Assembly (NCBI GenBank): GCA_040756235.1
Contig: JBFLZG010000006.1
Location: forward strand, 32,505-96,504
DNA: 64,000 nucleotides
Direction of reading: 5' to 3'
From: a bacterium
GTDB lineage: Bacteria > Desulfobacterota > DSWW01
Of the stretch, positions 55,899 through 64,000 are shown piece by piece. The notes below the pieces were generated by a model. That model did no database searches, was not told the DNA's origin, and was given only the letters and a program-made list of their open reading frames with translations. The translations under genes were made by a program, and so were the position numbers. Each line of letters starts with the position of its first letter. Position 1 is the first letter of the stretch.

Positions 55899-57173
55899 AT
55901 GCCTCTGGAGCAGCATGAAGACGATCTGATGAGATGTACCCGGTGCTCGTACTGCAAATGGGTCCCTCACCAGGTCATGGCGGACAGCCGCTTCCTGACC
56001 GTATGCCCGAGCATAGAAAGGTTCAAGTTCCACGCCTGGTCCGCAGGGGGGAGGCTCATCTCCGCCTTGTCCCTGCTCAGGGGAAGAACCGGCCACACGG
56101 ACACCTTTGTCGACGTCGTTTACCAGTGCCAGATGTGCGGGGCATGCGACGTGTCGTGCAAGGTCGAACGGGATCTGGAGCCCTATGAGGTGATGCAGGA
56201 CTTGAGAACGCGATGCGTCGAGGAGGGAGCGCTCCTCGCCCCGCATATCGCAGCCATCGAAGGTCTCAAACAGCAGGACAACATGCTGGGGCAGCCCAAG
56301 GAAAGCAGGGGAAAGTGGGCCGAGGGGTGCGGCGGGAAGGACCTCTCCAGAGAGCATGCGGAGGTCCTCTTTCACGCCGGCTGCAGGTACTCCTACGATG
56401 AAGATCTCTGGCAGACGGCGAGAGACGGCCTGGCCCTGCTGCAGCATGCGGGGGTGGATGTGGGGACCCTGGGCCGGGAGGAAAACTGTTGCGGCGGGCG
56501 CAGCTACGAGATGGGGTATAGCGGAGAGCTCACGAAATATGCGCAGCACAATCTCGATACCTGGAGGACGGCCGGAATCAAGACGGTTGTCACCGCCTGC
56601 GCGGACTGCTACCAGGCCTTCAAGGTGCTCTACGACAAGAACGGCAACGCGCCTCCCGTGGAGATCTTGCACATCACCGAGCTCATCGACCGCCTGATCG
56701 GCCAGGGAAGAATCAAGATGGCGAGAGAAGTCCCGCTGACCGTCACCTACCACGATCCGTGCCACCTCGGCAGATTGGCCGAGCCCTGGGTCCGCTGGGA
56801 AGGGAAGAGGGCAAAGGTCAGAGGGCAGCTGCTCATCCACGATCCGCCCAGGAAGAAGCGCTGCGGCGCCGGGGGGGTCTACGACGCACCGCGGGCGGTC
56901 CTGCGGGCCGTTCCCGGTCTGAGGCTCGTGGAGATGGTCCGCATCCGGGAATACGCATGGTGCTGCGGCGCAGGGGGAGGCGTGGCCGAGGCCTATCCCG
57001 AGTTCGCGACATGGACCGCGGGCCAGAGGCTCGAGGAGGCAAGAGCGGTCGGTGCCGAGGCCCTGGTGAGCGCCTGCGGCTGGTGCAAGCGCAGCTTTCT
57101 CGATGCCGCGGCCGAGACCGGCCGGGAAATGAAGATCTACGACATCATCGAGCTCGTCCGGCAGGCCCTGTGA
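55899..57173 (+). CDS. GlcF-like Fe-S/CCG oxidoreductase subunit
   Basis: CTRCSYC, CQMCGACDVSC, CCGG, YHDPCHLGR, CCGAGGG. Confidence 0.9.
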   Translation: MPLEQHEDDLMRCTRCSYCKWVPHQVMADSRFLTVCPSIERFKFHAWSAGGRLISALSLLRGRTGHTDTFVDVVYQCQMCGACDVSCKVERDLEPYEVMQDLRTRCVEEGALLAPHIAAIEGLKQQDNMLGQPKESRGKWAEGCGGKDLSREHAEVLFHAGCRYSYDEDLWQTARDGLALLQHAGVDVGTLGREENCCGGRSYEMGYSGELTKYAQHNLDTWRTAGIKTVVTACADCYQAFKVLYDKNGNAPPVEILHITELIDRLIGQGRIKMAREVPLTVTYHDPCHLGRLAEPWVRWEGKRAKVRGQLLIHDPPRKKRCGAGGVYDAPRAVLRAVPGLRLVEMVRIREYAWCCGAGGGVAEAYPEFATWTAGQRLEEARAVGAEALVSACGWCKRSFLDAAAETGREMKIYDIIELVRQAL

Positions 57174-57187
57174 GAGGGAGGAGCAGC

Positions 57188-58762
57188 ATGGCCATCGACA
57201 ACGAAGCGTATCAGGCATTGGAGGATGTCGTCGGACCGGAATACATCACCCGGGAGCCGGTGGTCCTGGACACCTATTGCTATGTCTGGGCGAACGAGCT
57301 CCTCGTGGGAGACAAGTTCTCCGCGCGGCCCTTGGCCGTGGTTCTGCCGGCGACCGTGGAGGAAGTCCAGGCCATCGTCAAGGTCTGCAACCGATTCAAG
57401 ATCCGGTACCGGGCTTTTGCGAGCGGCTTCGAAACCTCGGCCGTGACGGCGTCCGAGCCCATGCTTCCCATCGACATGCGGCGGATGGACCGTATTGTGG
57501 AGATCGACCGGAGAAACCGGACGGCCGTCGTCGAGCCGTATGTCTCGCAGACCCGGCTCTTTCTCGAGACGATGAAGGTGGGACTGCGCCCGAACATGAT
57601 CGGCGCCGGTCCGAGCGCTTCGGTCCTGGCCGGCACCGCGGCCCATTTCGGAAGCGGGCCGACCAACATCAGCACGGACTTCGGCGGACGCAACCTCCTG
57701 GGTGTCGAGTGGGTCCTGCCGGACGGAGATCTCGTGCGTCTGGGCCCGGTGGGGGCCGGCGCGACAGGGGTGAACGCCGACGGCCCGGGTCCGAGCTTGA
57801 GGGGCGTGGTCAGGGGCTACGGCGGGGCCAACGGAGGGATCGGCATCTTCACCAAGGCCGCCGTGAAGCTGTATCCCTGGTACGGGCCGCCGAAGCTCGA
57901 GCCCCGGGGCGGGCCGCCGATCTACGGGATGAAGGTGCCGGAGAACTTCGAAGACTTGATCGTGTTCTTTCCCGGCAGGGAGGAGCTGTCGGATTTCATG
58001 CATCTCCTCTACGAGGAAGGGATCGCGTTTTCCCAGGAGAGGCCGGGCCTCATGTTCCCTCTGCTTTTTTCGACCGGATCGAACGACGAATTCTACGAGC
58101 TCATCAAGGACGTCCCTGCGGAGATGGCAAAGACCCTGTCCTACAGCATGGTCGTGGGCCTGGATGCGATCTCTGCCCGGGAAATGGAGTACAAAAAACG
58201 GGTGTTCCACGAGATCCTGAAGGTGACAAACGGGTCGATCTACCCGGTCGACGATCACGTCAAGGGTCTCTTGTTCAACGCTTCGGTGACGGCCCAGGGC
58301 ATGGTCCGGGGAGCCTTCCGGATGGCCGGCTCTTTCGTGATCTCCCCGGTGAGCGACGAGAGCTTCGATTCCGTCAACCGCATGGCGACTCTGGCGTACG
58401 AGGAGATCTTGGCGGAAGCCCAGGCATCAGGTCAGGTCTTCGGCCCCTTCCCGGAACCTGCATGGTCCGTGATCTACGGAAGCGACGGATGCGGTCATGT
58501 CGAGATGATCACCCAGTACGATCCGGCGGATCCCGAATCCTGCAGAGAGACGGCGGACATCATCCAGAAGGCGGACGCGAGGGTCGCCGAATGGGGGTTT
58601 GGCATCAATCTGCTGGAAAATGCCCTCAGCTTCAAAGAGGCGTCTCTCAGGGCGGCGCTGCCGCACGCGCTCGACTTCGCGACATGGATGAAGAAGATCA
58701 AGAAGGCCTTCGACCCCGGCGACGTGGCCGAATCCTCCTTTTACGTGTCCCCGGATGCGTGA
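57188..58762 (+). CDS. FAD-binding oxidoreductase (GlcD/VAO family), second subunit
   Basis: AVVLPATVEEVQ, IDMRRMDRI, LGVEWVLPDG, KKAFDP. Confidence 0.85.
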   Translation: MAIDNEAYQALEDVVGPEYITREPVVLDTYCYVWANELLVGDKFSARPLAVVLPATVEEVQAIVKVCNRFKIRYRAFASGFETSAVTASEPMLPIDMRRMDRIVEIDRRNRTAVVEPYVSQTRLFLETMKVGLRPNMIGAGPSASVLAGTAAHFGSGPTNISTDFGGRNLLGVEWVLPDGDLVRLGPVGAGATGVNADGPGPSLRGVVRGYGGANGGIGIFTKAAVKLYPWYGPPKLEPRGGPPIYGMKVPENFEDLIVFFPGREELSDFMHLLYEEGIAFSQERPGLMFPLLFSTGSNDEFYELIKDVPAEMAKTLSYSMVVGLDAISAREMEYKKRVFHEILKVTNGSIYPVDDHVKGLLFNASVTAQGMVRGAFRMAGSFVISPVSDESFDSVNRMATLAYEEILAEAQASGQVFGPFPEPAWSVIYGSDGCGHVEMITQYDPADPESCRETADIIQKADARVAEWGFGINLLENALSFKEASLRAALPHALDFATWMKKIKKAFDPGDVAESSFYVSPDA

Positions 58763-58779
58763 TGCATGAAGAGTTTTTC

Positions 58780-58891
58780 GTCATCCCGGCCCATGTGCGA
58801 AGCGCGTGCTGGCCGGGATCCAGGAGGGTGCATCAAGAACAGCGGCAATTACGGGGAGCACGGACTGGATTCCGGCCTCCGCCGGAATGAC
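58780..58891 (-). repeat. REPIN-like composite palindrome (reverse orientation)
   Basis: GTCATCCCGG..CCGGGATCC + CTGGATTCCGG..CCGGAATGAC. Confidence 0.85.
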
Positions 58892-58913
58892 GGAAAAGAG
58901 CAGGGGCCATTCG

Positions 58914-59141
58914 GAGAGGATAACGGAAACGGGATATGACGTCCTGAAGACGCCCCTCCCGGCGTTGCTCGTGGTGGGCAACGAGGTCGGGGTGATGCGC
59001 TATCCCACGCCGGTCCAGAGGCGCGACGCCAAGAAGAAGCCGGTGGTGTCGTGGGGCATGGCCGAGCTCGGCCTGCAGGGCAGACCGCAGAACAGGCTGG
59101 CGCTCAAGGGACTCTTGAATAAAAAACGTTTAGACCGTTGA
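58914..59141 (+). pseudogene. etfB: Fragment of electron transfer flavoprotein beta subunit
   Basis: ERITETGYDVLKTPLPALLVVGNEVG..RYP....AKKKPV..W...LG matches EtfB C-terminal third; no start or N-terminal part. Confidence 0.7.
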
Positions 59142-59327
59142 CGGAGACGAGATTTTCTGGCTTATAGGGTCTGCAGCCCCCGACTTCGGACCAACCCTGA
59201 CGCGACCGGGGCCGCTGATTCCCTTTCCGAATCCCTGACTGACCTCTCTTGCAGAACGACCTGGATAGCCGTTCCCGAGACCGTTCCGTCCATAGGGTGC
59301 AGCCCTGAACCCGAGAAGGTCGCTGGA

Positions 59328-61025
59328 ATGACTGCTTCCTACCACTACACGCCCTACATCTGGCCGATGCTCATCGGGGCCGCCCTTTGCACCGTGGTGG
59401 CCGTGTACAGCTGGCGGCACAGGAGCGTCCCCGGGGCGGTCGGCCTGGCGGCTACCGCGCTCTTCTGGTTGCTGAAATTACTGGCCAGCACTCTGGAGCT
59501 GTCGGCCTGGGACTTCGCGACCAAAGCCTTCTGGTTTCAAGTCAAGTACGCCTGCCTGCTGCCGGGTATCGCGGCGAGCCTGGTCTTCGCCATGGGATAC
59601 GCCGGGCTGGAGACCTGGCTCAACCGGCGCGCGTCCGCGCTGATCGTTTCTTCCATCCTGCTCTCGGCCCCGCTGTATTTCTCGAACAGCCTTCATCATC
59701 TCGTGTGGACGGACCTGTGGATGGGAGCGACGATTCAGTATCGCTCGGGCGTGCTGAACTACTTCCTGGGCGGGTACGCCATCGTGCTGAGTCTCGTGAC
59801 TCTGGCGGTGCTCATCGGACTCTTCATCCAGTCGCCGCTCCATCGCTGGCCGGTGGGCCTGATCCTGTTCAACATATCCCTGAGCCGCGGCCTGTGGTTC
59901 CTCGATGCGGCGGGGATCAACCCGATCGAGCCGCTCGAACAGTCCAACATGTCGTCGGGCATTATCGGCTTGCTCTATGCCCTCGTGCTCTTCCGCTTTC
60001 GGTTGTTCAATATCGCGCCGGTGGCGCGCGATCGGGCCATGGACCAGATGCGTGACGGCATTCTGGTGCTCGATGCGGACAACCGGATCGTGGACCTGAA
60101 CAGGGCGGCAGGAAAACTGATCGGGGTTCGTCGATCCAAGGTCATGGGCCGCGATGCCGATCACGTATTCACGGTGGACTCTGATCTGCACAGGCTTGTC
60201 CGCACTCCGGCTCCCGCCCAAGTCGAAGCTTTGCTGGACGATGCCCGCTGTTACCGGGTCCACGTCTCTCCGGTGGCGGATCGGCGCGGCTACGAGCTGG
60301 GACGGCTGTTCCTGTTCTATGACATCACGGAGAACAGGCGGAAACAACAGCAGCTTCAGGAGCACCAGCGCATGCTGGCCAGCCTCCAGGAACGGGAGTG
60401 GCTGGCCCGGGAGCTTCATGACGGAGTCGGCCAGGTGATGGCGGCAGCGCACCTTCAGGTGCAGAGCGCGGCGGAGTTGCTCGCCCGAGGGGACCCGGCC
60501 GGGGTAAAGGGCTGCCTGGATCAGCTGGCCGAGATCATCCGCGAGGGGAAGGCGCATGTGGGGGATTACATTTCCGGCGTCAAAAGCTGGTCGGCAAACG
60601 GGCCGTTCTTCACCGGCCTGCGCCGGTACCTTGCGCGTTACGGTCAGAACGCCCGGCTCCGAACCGAGCTGATCGTCCCTTCCGAAATGGAGCAGGAAAG
60701 TCTTGGTGATGCGGTCGAGACGCAGCTCCAGCGCATCATTCAGGAGGCGCTGACGAACATCCGCAAACACGCCGGCGCCGGTTCGGCACAGGTGATGTTC
60801 GCTGCGGACGACGGCCATATGAAGATCACGATCGAAGACGACGGCCGCGGCTTCGAGCCGGCGGAGCTGAAAGACCGCGAGGGGTTCGGGCTGCGGGCGA
60901 TGTGCGGTCGGGCCGCGACGGTCGGAGCCCGCCTTGAGGTGAATTCTTCGCCCGGCAGAGGCACGCGGGTCGTCCTGCGGCTGCCCAGGAGAAGGAGCCG
61001 CCATGAAGACGCTGTTGGTGGATGA
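59328..61025 (+). CDS. 7TM-PAS histidine kinase (HisKA_3 type)
   Basis: 7 TM N-terminus, PAS, LARELHDGVGQ, QEALTNIRKHA, DDGRGF, GFGL. Confidence 0.92.
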   Translation: MTASYHYTPYIWPMLIGAALCTVVAVYSWRHRSVPGAVGLAATALFWLLKLLASTLELSAWDFATKAFWFQVKYACLLPGIAASLVFAMGYAGLETWLNRRASALIVSSILLSAPLYFSNSLHHLVWTDLWMGATIQYRSGVLNYFLGGYAIVLSLVTLAVLIGLFIQSPLHRWPVGLILFNISLSRGLWFLDAAGINPIEPLEQSNMSSGIIGLLYALVLFRFRLFNIAPVARDRAMDQMRDGILVLDADNRIVDLNRAAGKLIGVRRSKVMGRDADHVFTVDSDLHRLVRTPAPAQVEALLDDARCYRVHVSPVADRRGYELGRLFLFYDITENRRKQQQLQEHQRMLASLQEREWLARELHDGVGQVMAAAHLQVQSAAELLARGDPAGVKGCLDQLAEIIREGKAHVGDYISGVKSWSANGPFFTGLRRYLARYGQNARLRTELIVPSEMEQESLGDAVETQLQRIIQEALTNIRKHAGAGSAQVMFAADDGHMKITIEDDGRGFEPAELKDREGFGLRAMCGRAATVGARLEVNSSPGRGTRVVLRLPRRRSRHEDAVGG

Positions 61026-61653
61026 TCATCCGCTTTTCCTGGATGGGCTCAAGAACCTGATGACCCTTCGAGGGGTCGAGGTCGTCGGCACCGCCCACGA
61101 TGGAATGGAGGCGTTGGAGAAGGCGCAAAGGCTGCGCCCCGAAATCATCCTGATGGATGTGCGCATGCCGAATCTCGACGGGCTGGCGGCCACTCGCCTG
61201 ATCAAGGCGGAGCTGCCCGAGGTCAGGATCGTCATGCTGACCATGTCAGAGGAAGACGAAGACCTTTTTGAAGCGATCAAGTGCGGAGCTTGCGGCTACT
61301 TGCTGAAGACCCAGGACGTGGACGATTTTTTCTCCCTCTTTGTGGGGTTGACGCGGGGCGAGGTGCCCCTTTCGCCGGGCCTTGCGGGCCGGGTCCTGGA
61401 GGAGTTCGCCCGGCAAGCGATGGGGGGCAAGCCGCCCGCGGGGACGCGGGCGAAGACGGAGACCCTGTCCGCGCGCCAGATGCAGGTATTAGCCCTGGTC
61501 GCTCAAGGGCTGACCTACAAGGAAGTCGGGGGGAAATTGTGCCTCGCCGAACGCACGATCAAGTATCACATCGGCGAGATCATCGAGCGGCTTCACCTCG
61601 AGAATCGGGCGCAGGCGATCCGGTACGCCAGGGCCATGAGGCTGGTGAAATAA
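61003..61653 (+). CDS. NarL/LuxR-family response regulator
   Basis: VDDH, MDVRMP, LuxR HTH. Confidence 0.94.
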   Translation: MKTLLVDDHPLFLDGLKNLMTLRGVEVVGTAHDGMEALEKAQRLRPEIILMDVRMPNLDGLAATRLIKAELPEVRIVMLTMSEEDEDLFEAIKCGACGYLLKTQDVDDFFSLFVGLTRGEVPLSPGLAGRVLEEFARQAMGGKPPAGTRAKTETLSARQMQVLALVAQGLTYKEVGGKLCLAERTIKYHIGEIIERLHLENRAQAIRYARAMRLVK

Positions 61654-61893
61654 GGCCATGGCCGAAAAGCCCTCTTTCGCGTCCGCCCGGCCCGTTCTCC
61701 AGGAACGGGGAGCGCATTCCATTCACCTTTCGCGTTTCAGCTTTGACCTGCCCTGTACTTTTTCCGTTCTCTTCACTGTACCCAGACTGTCCCCTGAAGA
61801 CATTCCGCCGGCGCGGGCTTTCGCATATGCTGCCGCCAAAAGCAGGCGTTTGTCTCCAATCGGCCAGGGGGGAGCAGAGGCAGCGGAACGCGT

Positions 61894-62229
61894 ATGGAAA
61901 GAGTGCGCAAAATTGTGCTCTATGGCCACGATCTGGTGGTCTCCACCGTGGGCGAGAACCTGCGAGGACGGTCAGGATTCCAGATAACGCAGATTGACCC
62001 GTTGCTTCCGGATGCCCTGCAAAGGCTGGAGGCAGCCCGCCCCGAGGTGGTCCTGTTCGATCTGGCCAATAATCGGCCCGACTTCACGATTACCGCCTTG
62101 AGGAAGCACCCGGGCGTCTTGCTGATCGGGGTCGACCTGGAGACCGGCAAGATGCTGGTGCTGTCCGGCGAGGAGTCGAGGCTGCTCACATTGGACGATC
62201 TGGTGCGTGTGATTGCAGGAGGCGGCTGA
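61894..62229 (+). CDS. Small degenerate receiver-like protein
   Basis: CheY-like pattern (PEVVLFDL) without acidic pocket. Confidence 0.55.
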   Translation: MERVRKIVLYGHDLVVSTVGENLRGRSGFQITQIDPLLPDALQRLEAARPEVVLFDLANNRPDFTITALRKHPGVLLIGVDLETGKMLVLSGEESRLLTLDDLVRVIAGGG

Positions 62230-62297
62230 AGTTTGTTGCTCGTCACAGCGAAGGAGCCAGCGATGCAAATCCGTTTCCCGATCATGGAGGAGGAGAA

Positions 62298-63851
62298 ATG
62301 AAGCACGCAGGGAAGGCTTTGCCGGTGATTGCGGCAATGGCGGTGTGTCTCGCGTTTGCGGCAGGGCCGGCCGCGGCGCAGGAGAAGAAGTTGCCGAACA
62401 TCCTCGTGATCTTCGGCGACGATATCGGCTGGTTCAACGTGAGCGCTTACAGTCACGGGCTCATGGGGTACCAGACCCCCAACATCGATCGGCTCGCCAA
62501 AGAGGGGGCGATGTTCACCGACTACTACGGCCAGCAGAGCTGCACGGCCGGCCGGGCCGCCTTCATCACCGGCCAGACGCCCTTCCGGACCGGCTTGACC
62601 AAGGTCGGCATGCCCGGGGCTGATGTCGGCCTCCGTGCCCAGGACCCGACCATTGCGGAGCTGCTGAAGCCCATGGGTTACACGACCGGCCAGTTCGGGA
62701 AGAACCACCTGGGCGACCTTGACGAGTTCCTGCCCACGAACCATGGGTTCGACGAGTTCTTCGGGAACCTGTACCACATGAACGCCGAGGAGGAGCCCGA
62801 GTACGCGGACTACCCGAAGGACCCGGCCTTCCGTAAACGCTTCGGCCCGCGGGGCGTGCTCAAGTCGACTGCAGACGGGAAGGTGGAGAACACGGGACCC
62901 CTCACCACCAAACGGATGGAGACCGTGGACGAGGAGTTCCTGAAAGCCTCGCTCGACTTCATCGACCGCGCCCATAACGCAAACAAACCCTTCTTCGTCT
63001 GGTTCAACACCACCCGGATGCACATCTGGACCCACCTCAGGCCGGAGTCCGCGGGAAAGACGGGACTGGGAGTCTATGCGGACGGCATGGTGGAGACGGA
63101 CGGCCATGTCGGCCAGTTGTTGAAGAAGCTGGACGACCTCAAGATCGCGGACAACACGATCGTCATCTACACGACCGACAACGGGGCCGAGGTCTTCACC
63201 TGGCCTGACGGCGGCACGACCCCGTTCCGCGGCGAGAAGGACACCAACTGGGAAGGCGCTTTCCGCGTGCCCTGCGTGATCCGCTGGCCCGGCGTGATCC
63301 AACCCGGCACGGCCATCAACGAGATCACCTCGGCAGAGGATTGGCTCCCGACGTTTCTGGCAGCGGTCGGCGTGCCGGACGTGAAGGAGAAGCTCCTCAA
63401 AGGCTATCAGGCCGGCTCCAAGACCTTCAAGGTGCACCTGGACGGCTACAATCTATTGCCCGCTCTGAAGGGTGAGGCGAAAGAGTGGCCGCGGAAGGAG
63501 TTCTTCTACTTCAGCGACGATGGGGACCTCATGGCCCTCCGATACAACCGCTTGAAGTTCGTCTTCGCCGAGCAGCGGGCCAAAGGCGCCCAGGTGTGGG
63601 CGGACCCGCTCGTCACGCTGCGGGCGCCCAAACTGTGTGATCTTCGCGCCGACCCGTTCGAGCGTGCTGCCGACGAGTCGGCCTTTTACATGGACTGGTC
63701 GATCCGGCACATGTTCGTCTTCGTCCCTGCTCAGCAGGGCGTAGCGAAGTTTCTGGAGAGCTTCAAGGAATTCCCGCCCCGTCAGAAGCCGGCCAGCTTC
63801 AGCATCGATCAGGTGATGGAGATGATGAAGCGCCCGGGCGGGAGCCACTGA
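62298..63851 (+). CDS. Arylsulfatase (Cys-type, exported)
   Basis: Signal peptide; PNILVIFGDD; CTAGRA FGly motif; GKNHLG; TTDNG; RGEK; WEG. Confidence 0.93.
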   Translation: MKHAGKALPVIAAMAVCLAFAAGPAAAQEKKLPNILVIFGDDIGWFNVSAYSHGLMGYQTPNIDRLAKEGAMFTDYYGQQSCTAGRAAFITGQTPFRTGLTKVGMPGADVGLRAQDPTIAELLKPMGYTTGQFGKNHLGDLDEFLPTNHGFDEFFGNLYHMNAEEEPEYADYPKDPAFRKRFGPRGVLKSTADGKVENTGPLTTKRMETVDEEFLKASLDFIDRAHNANKPFFVWFNTTRMHIWTHLRPESAGKTGLGVYADGMVETDGHVGQLLKKLDDLKIADNTIVIYTTDNGAEVFTWPDGGTTPFRGEKDTNWEGAFRVPCVIRWPGVIQPGTAINEITSAEDWLPTFLAAVGVPDVKEKLLKGYQAGSKTFKVHLDGYNLLPALKGEAKEWPRKEFFYFSDDGDLMALRYNRLKFVFAEQRAKGAQVWADPLVTLRAPKLCDLRADPFERAADESAFYMDWSIRHMFVFVPAQQGVAKFLESFKEFPPRQKPASFSIDQVMEMMKRPGGSH

Positions 63852-63903
63852 GGTGAGGAATGAATCCCCTCTCCCGCGCTGATGAGGGTGTCTACAAATG
63901 AAT

Positions 63904-63946
63904 TCCCTCTCCCCCGTGCACGGGGGAGAGGGACAGGGTGAGGGGG
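63904..63946. repeat. CCCTCTCCC..GGGAGAGGG (BoxC-like) palindrome
   Basis: TCCCTCTCCCCCGTGCACGGGGGAGAGGGA followed by CAGGGTGAGGGG; partial copy at 63866-63889. Confidence 0.65.
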
Positions 63947-64000
63947 AAACAGGAGCGGAGGGGCGCCGCCGGCCGAGCTGCGCCCCCCGCCGCGGGGGGG

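Noticed and set aside
1..64000. CRISPR array, tRNA or rRNA
   Set aside because: Repeats are dispersed palindromes without regular spacers; no cas genes, cloverleaf or rRNA motifs seen.

Overview
GC-rich bacterial chromosomal segment whose gene content resembles an anaerobic deltaproteobacterium (Desulfobacterota-like; inferred). It holds about 55 CDSs: housekeeping genes (tyrS, nadE, gpsA, nikR, suhB-like), envelope/glycosylation genes, lipid and acyl-CoA catabolism, and many signalling genes. No rRNA, tRNA, CRISPR array, prophage or transposase was seen. Intergenic spaces are filled with several families of short palindromic repeats. The most unusual locus is 46.2-52.9 kb. There, a membrane histidine kinase with the RegB-type GGxxNPF quinone-binding motif and an NtrC-type activator are transcribed divergently from a sigma-54 promoter with two TGTAT-N-GATACA palindromes. 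That promoter precedes two tandem serine-recombinase-fold proteins lacking the catalytic residues, plus a membrane Fe-S/CCG oxidoreductase; all three proteins end in -AA. A candidate ~255-nt structured RNA lies at the locus edge. Other notable items: a tandem Hfq/Sm-like protein, an orphan MshEN-PilB/GspE ATPase fused to a receiver domain under a sigma-54 promoter, a degenerate GGDEF protein with an intact I-site, and an etfB remnant. All assignments come from motif recognition by eye; no database search was run, and start codons are best guesses.
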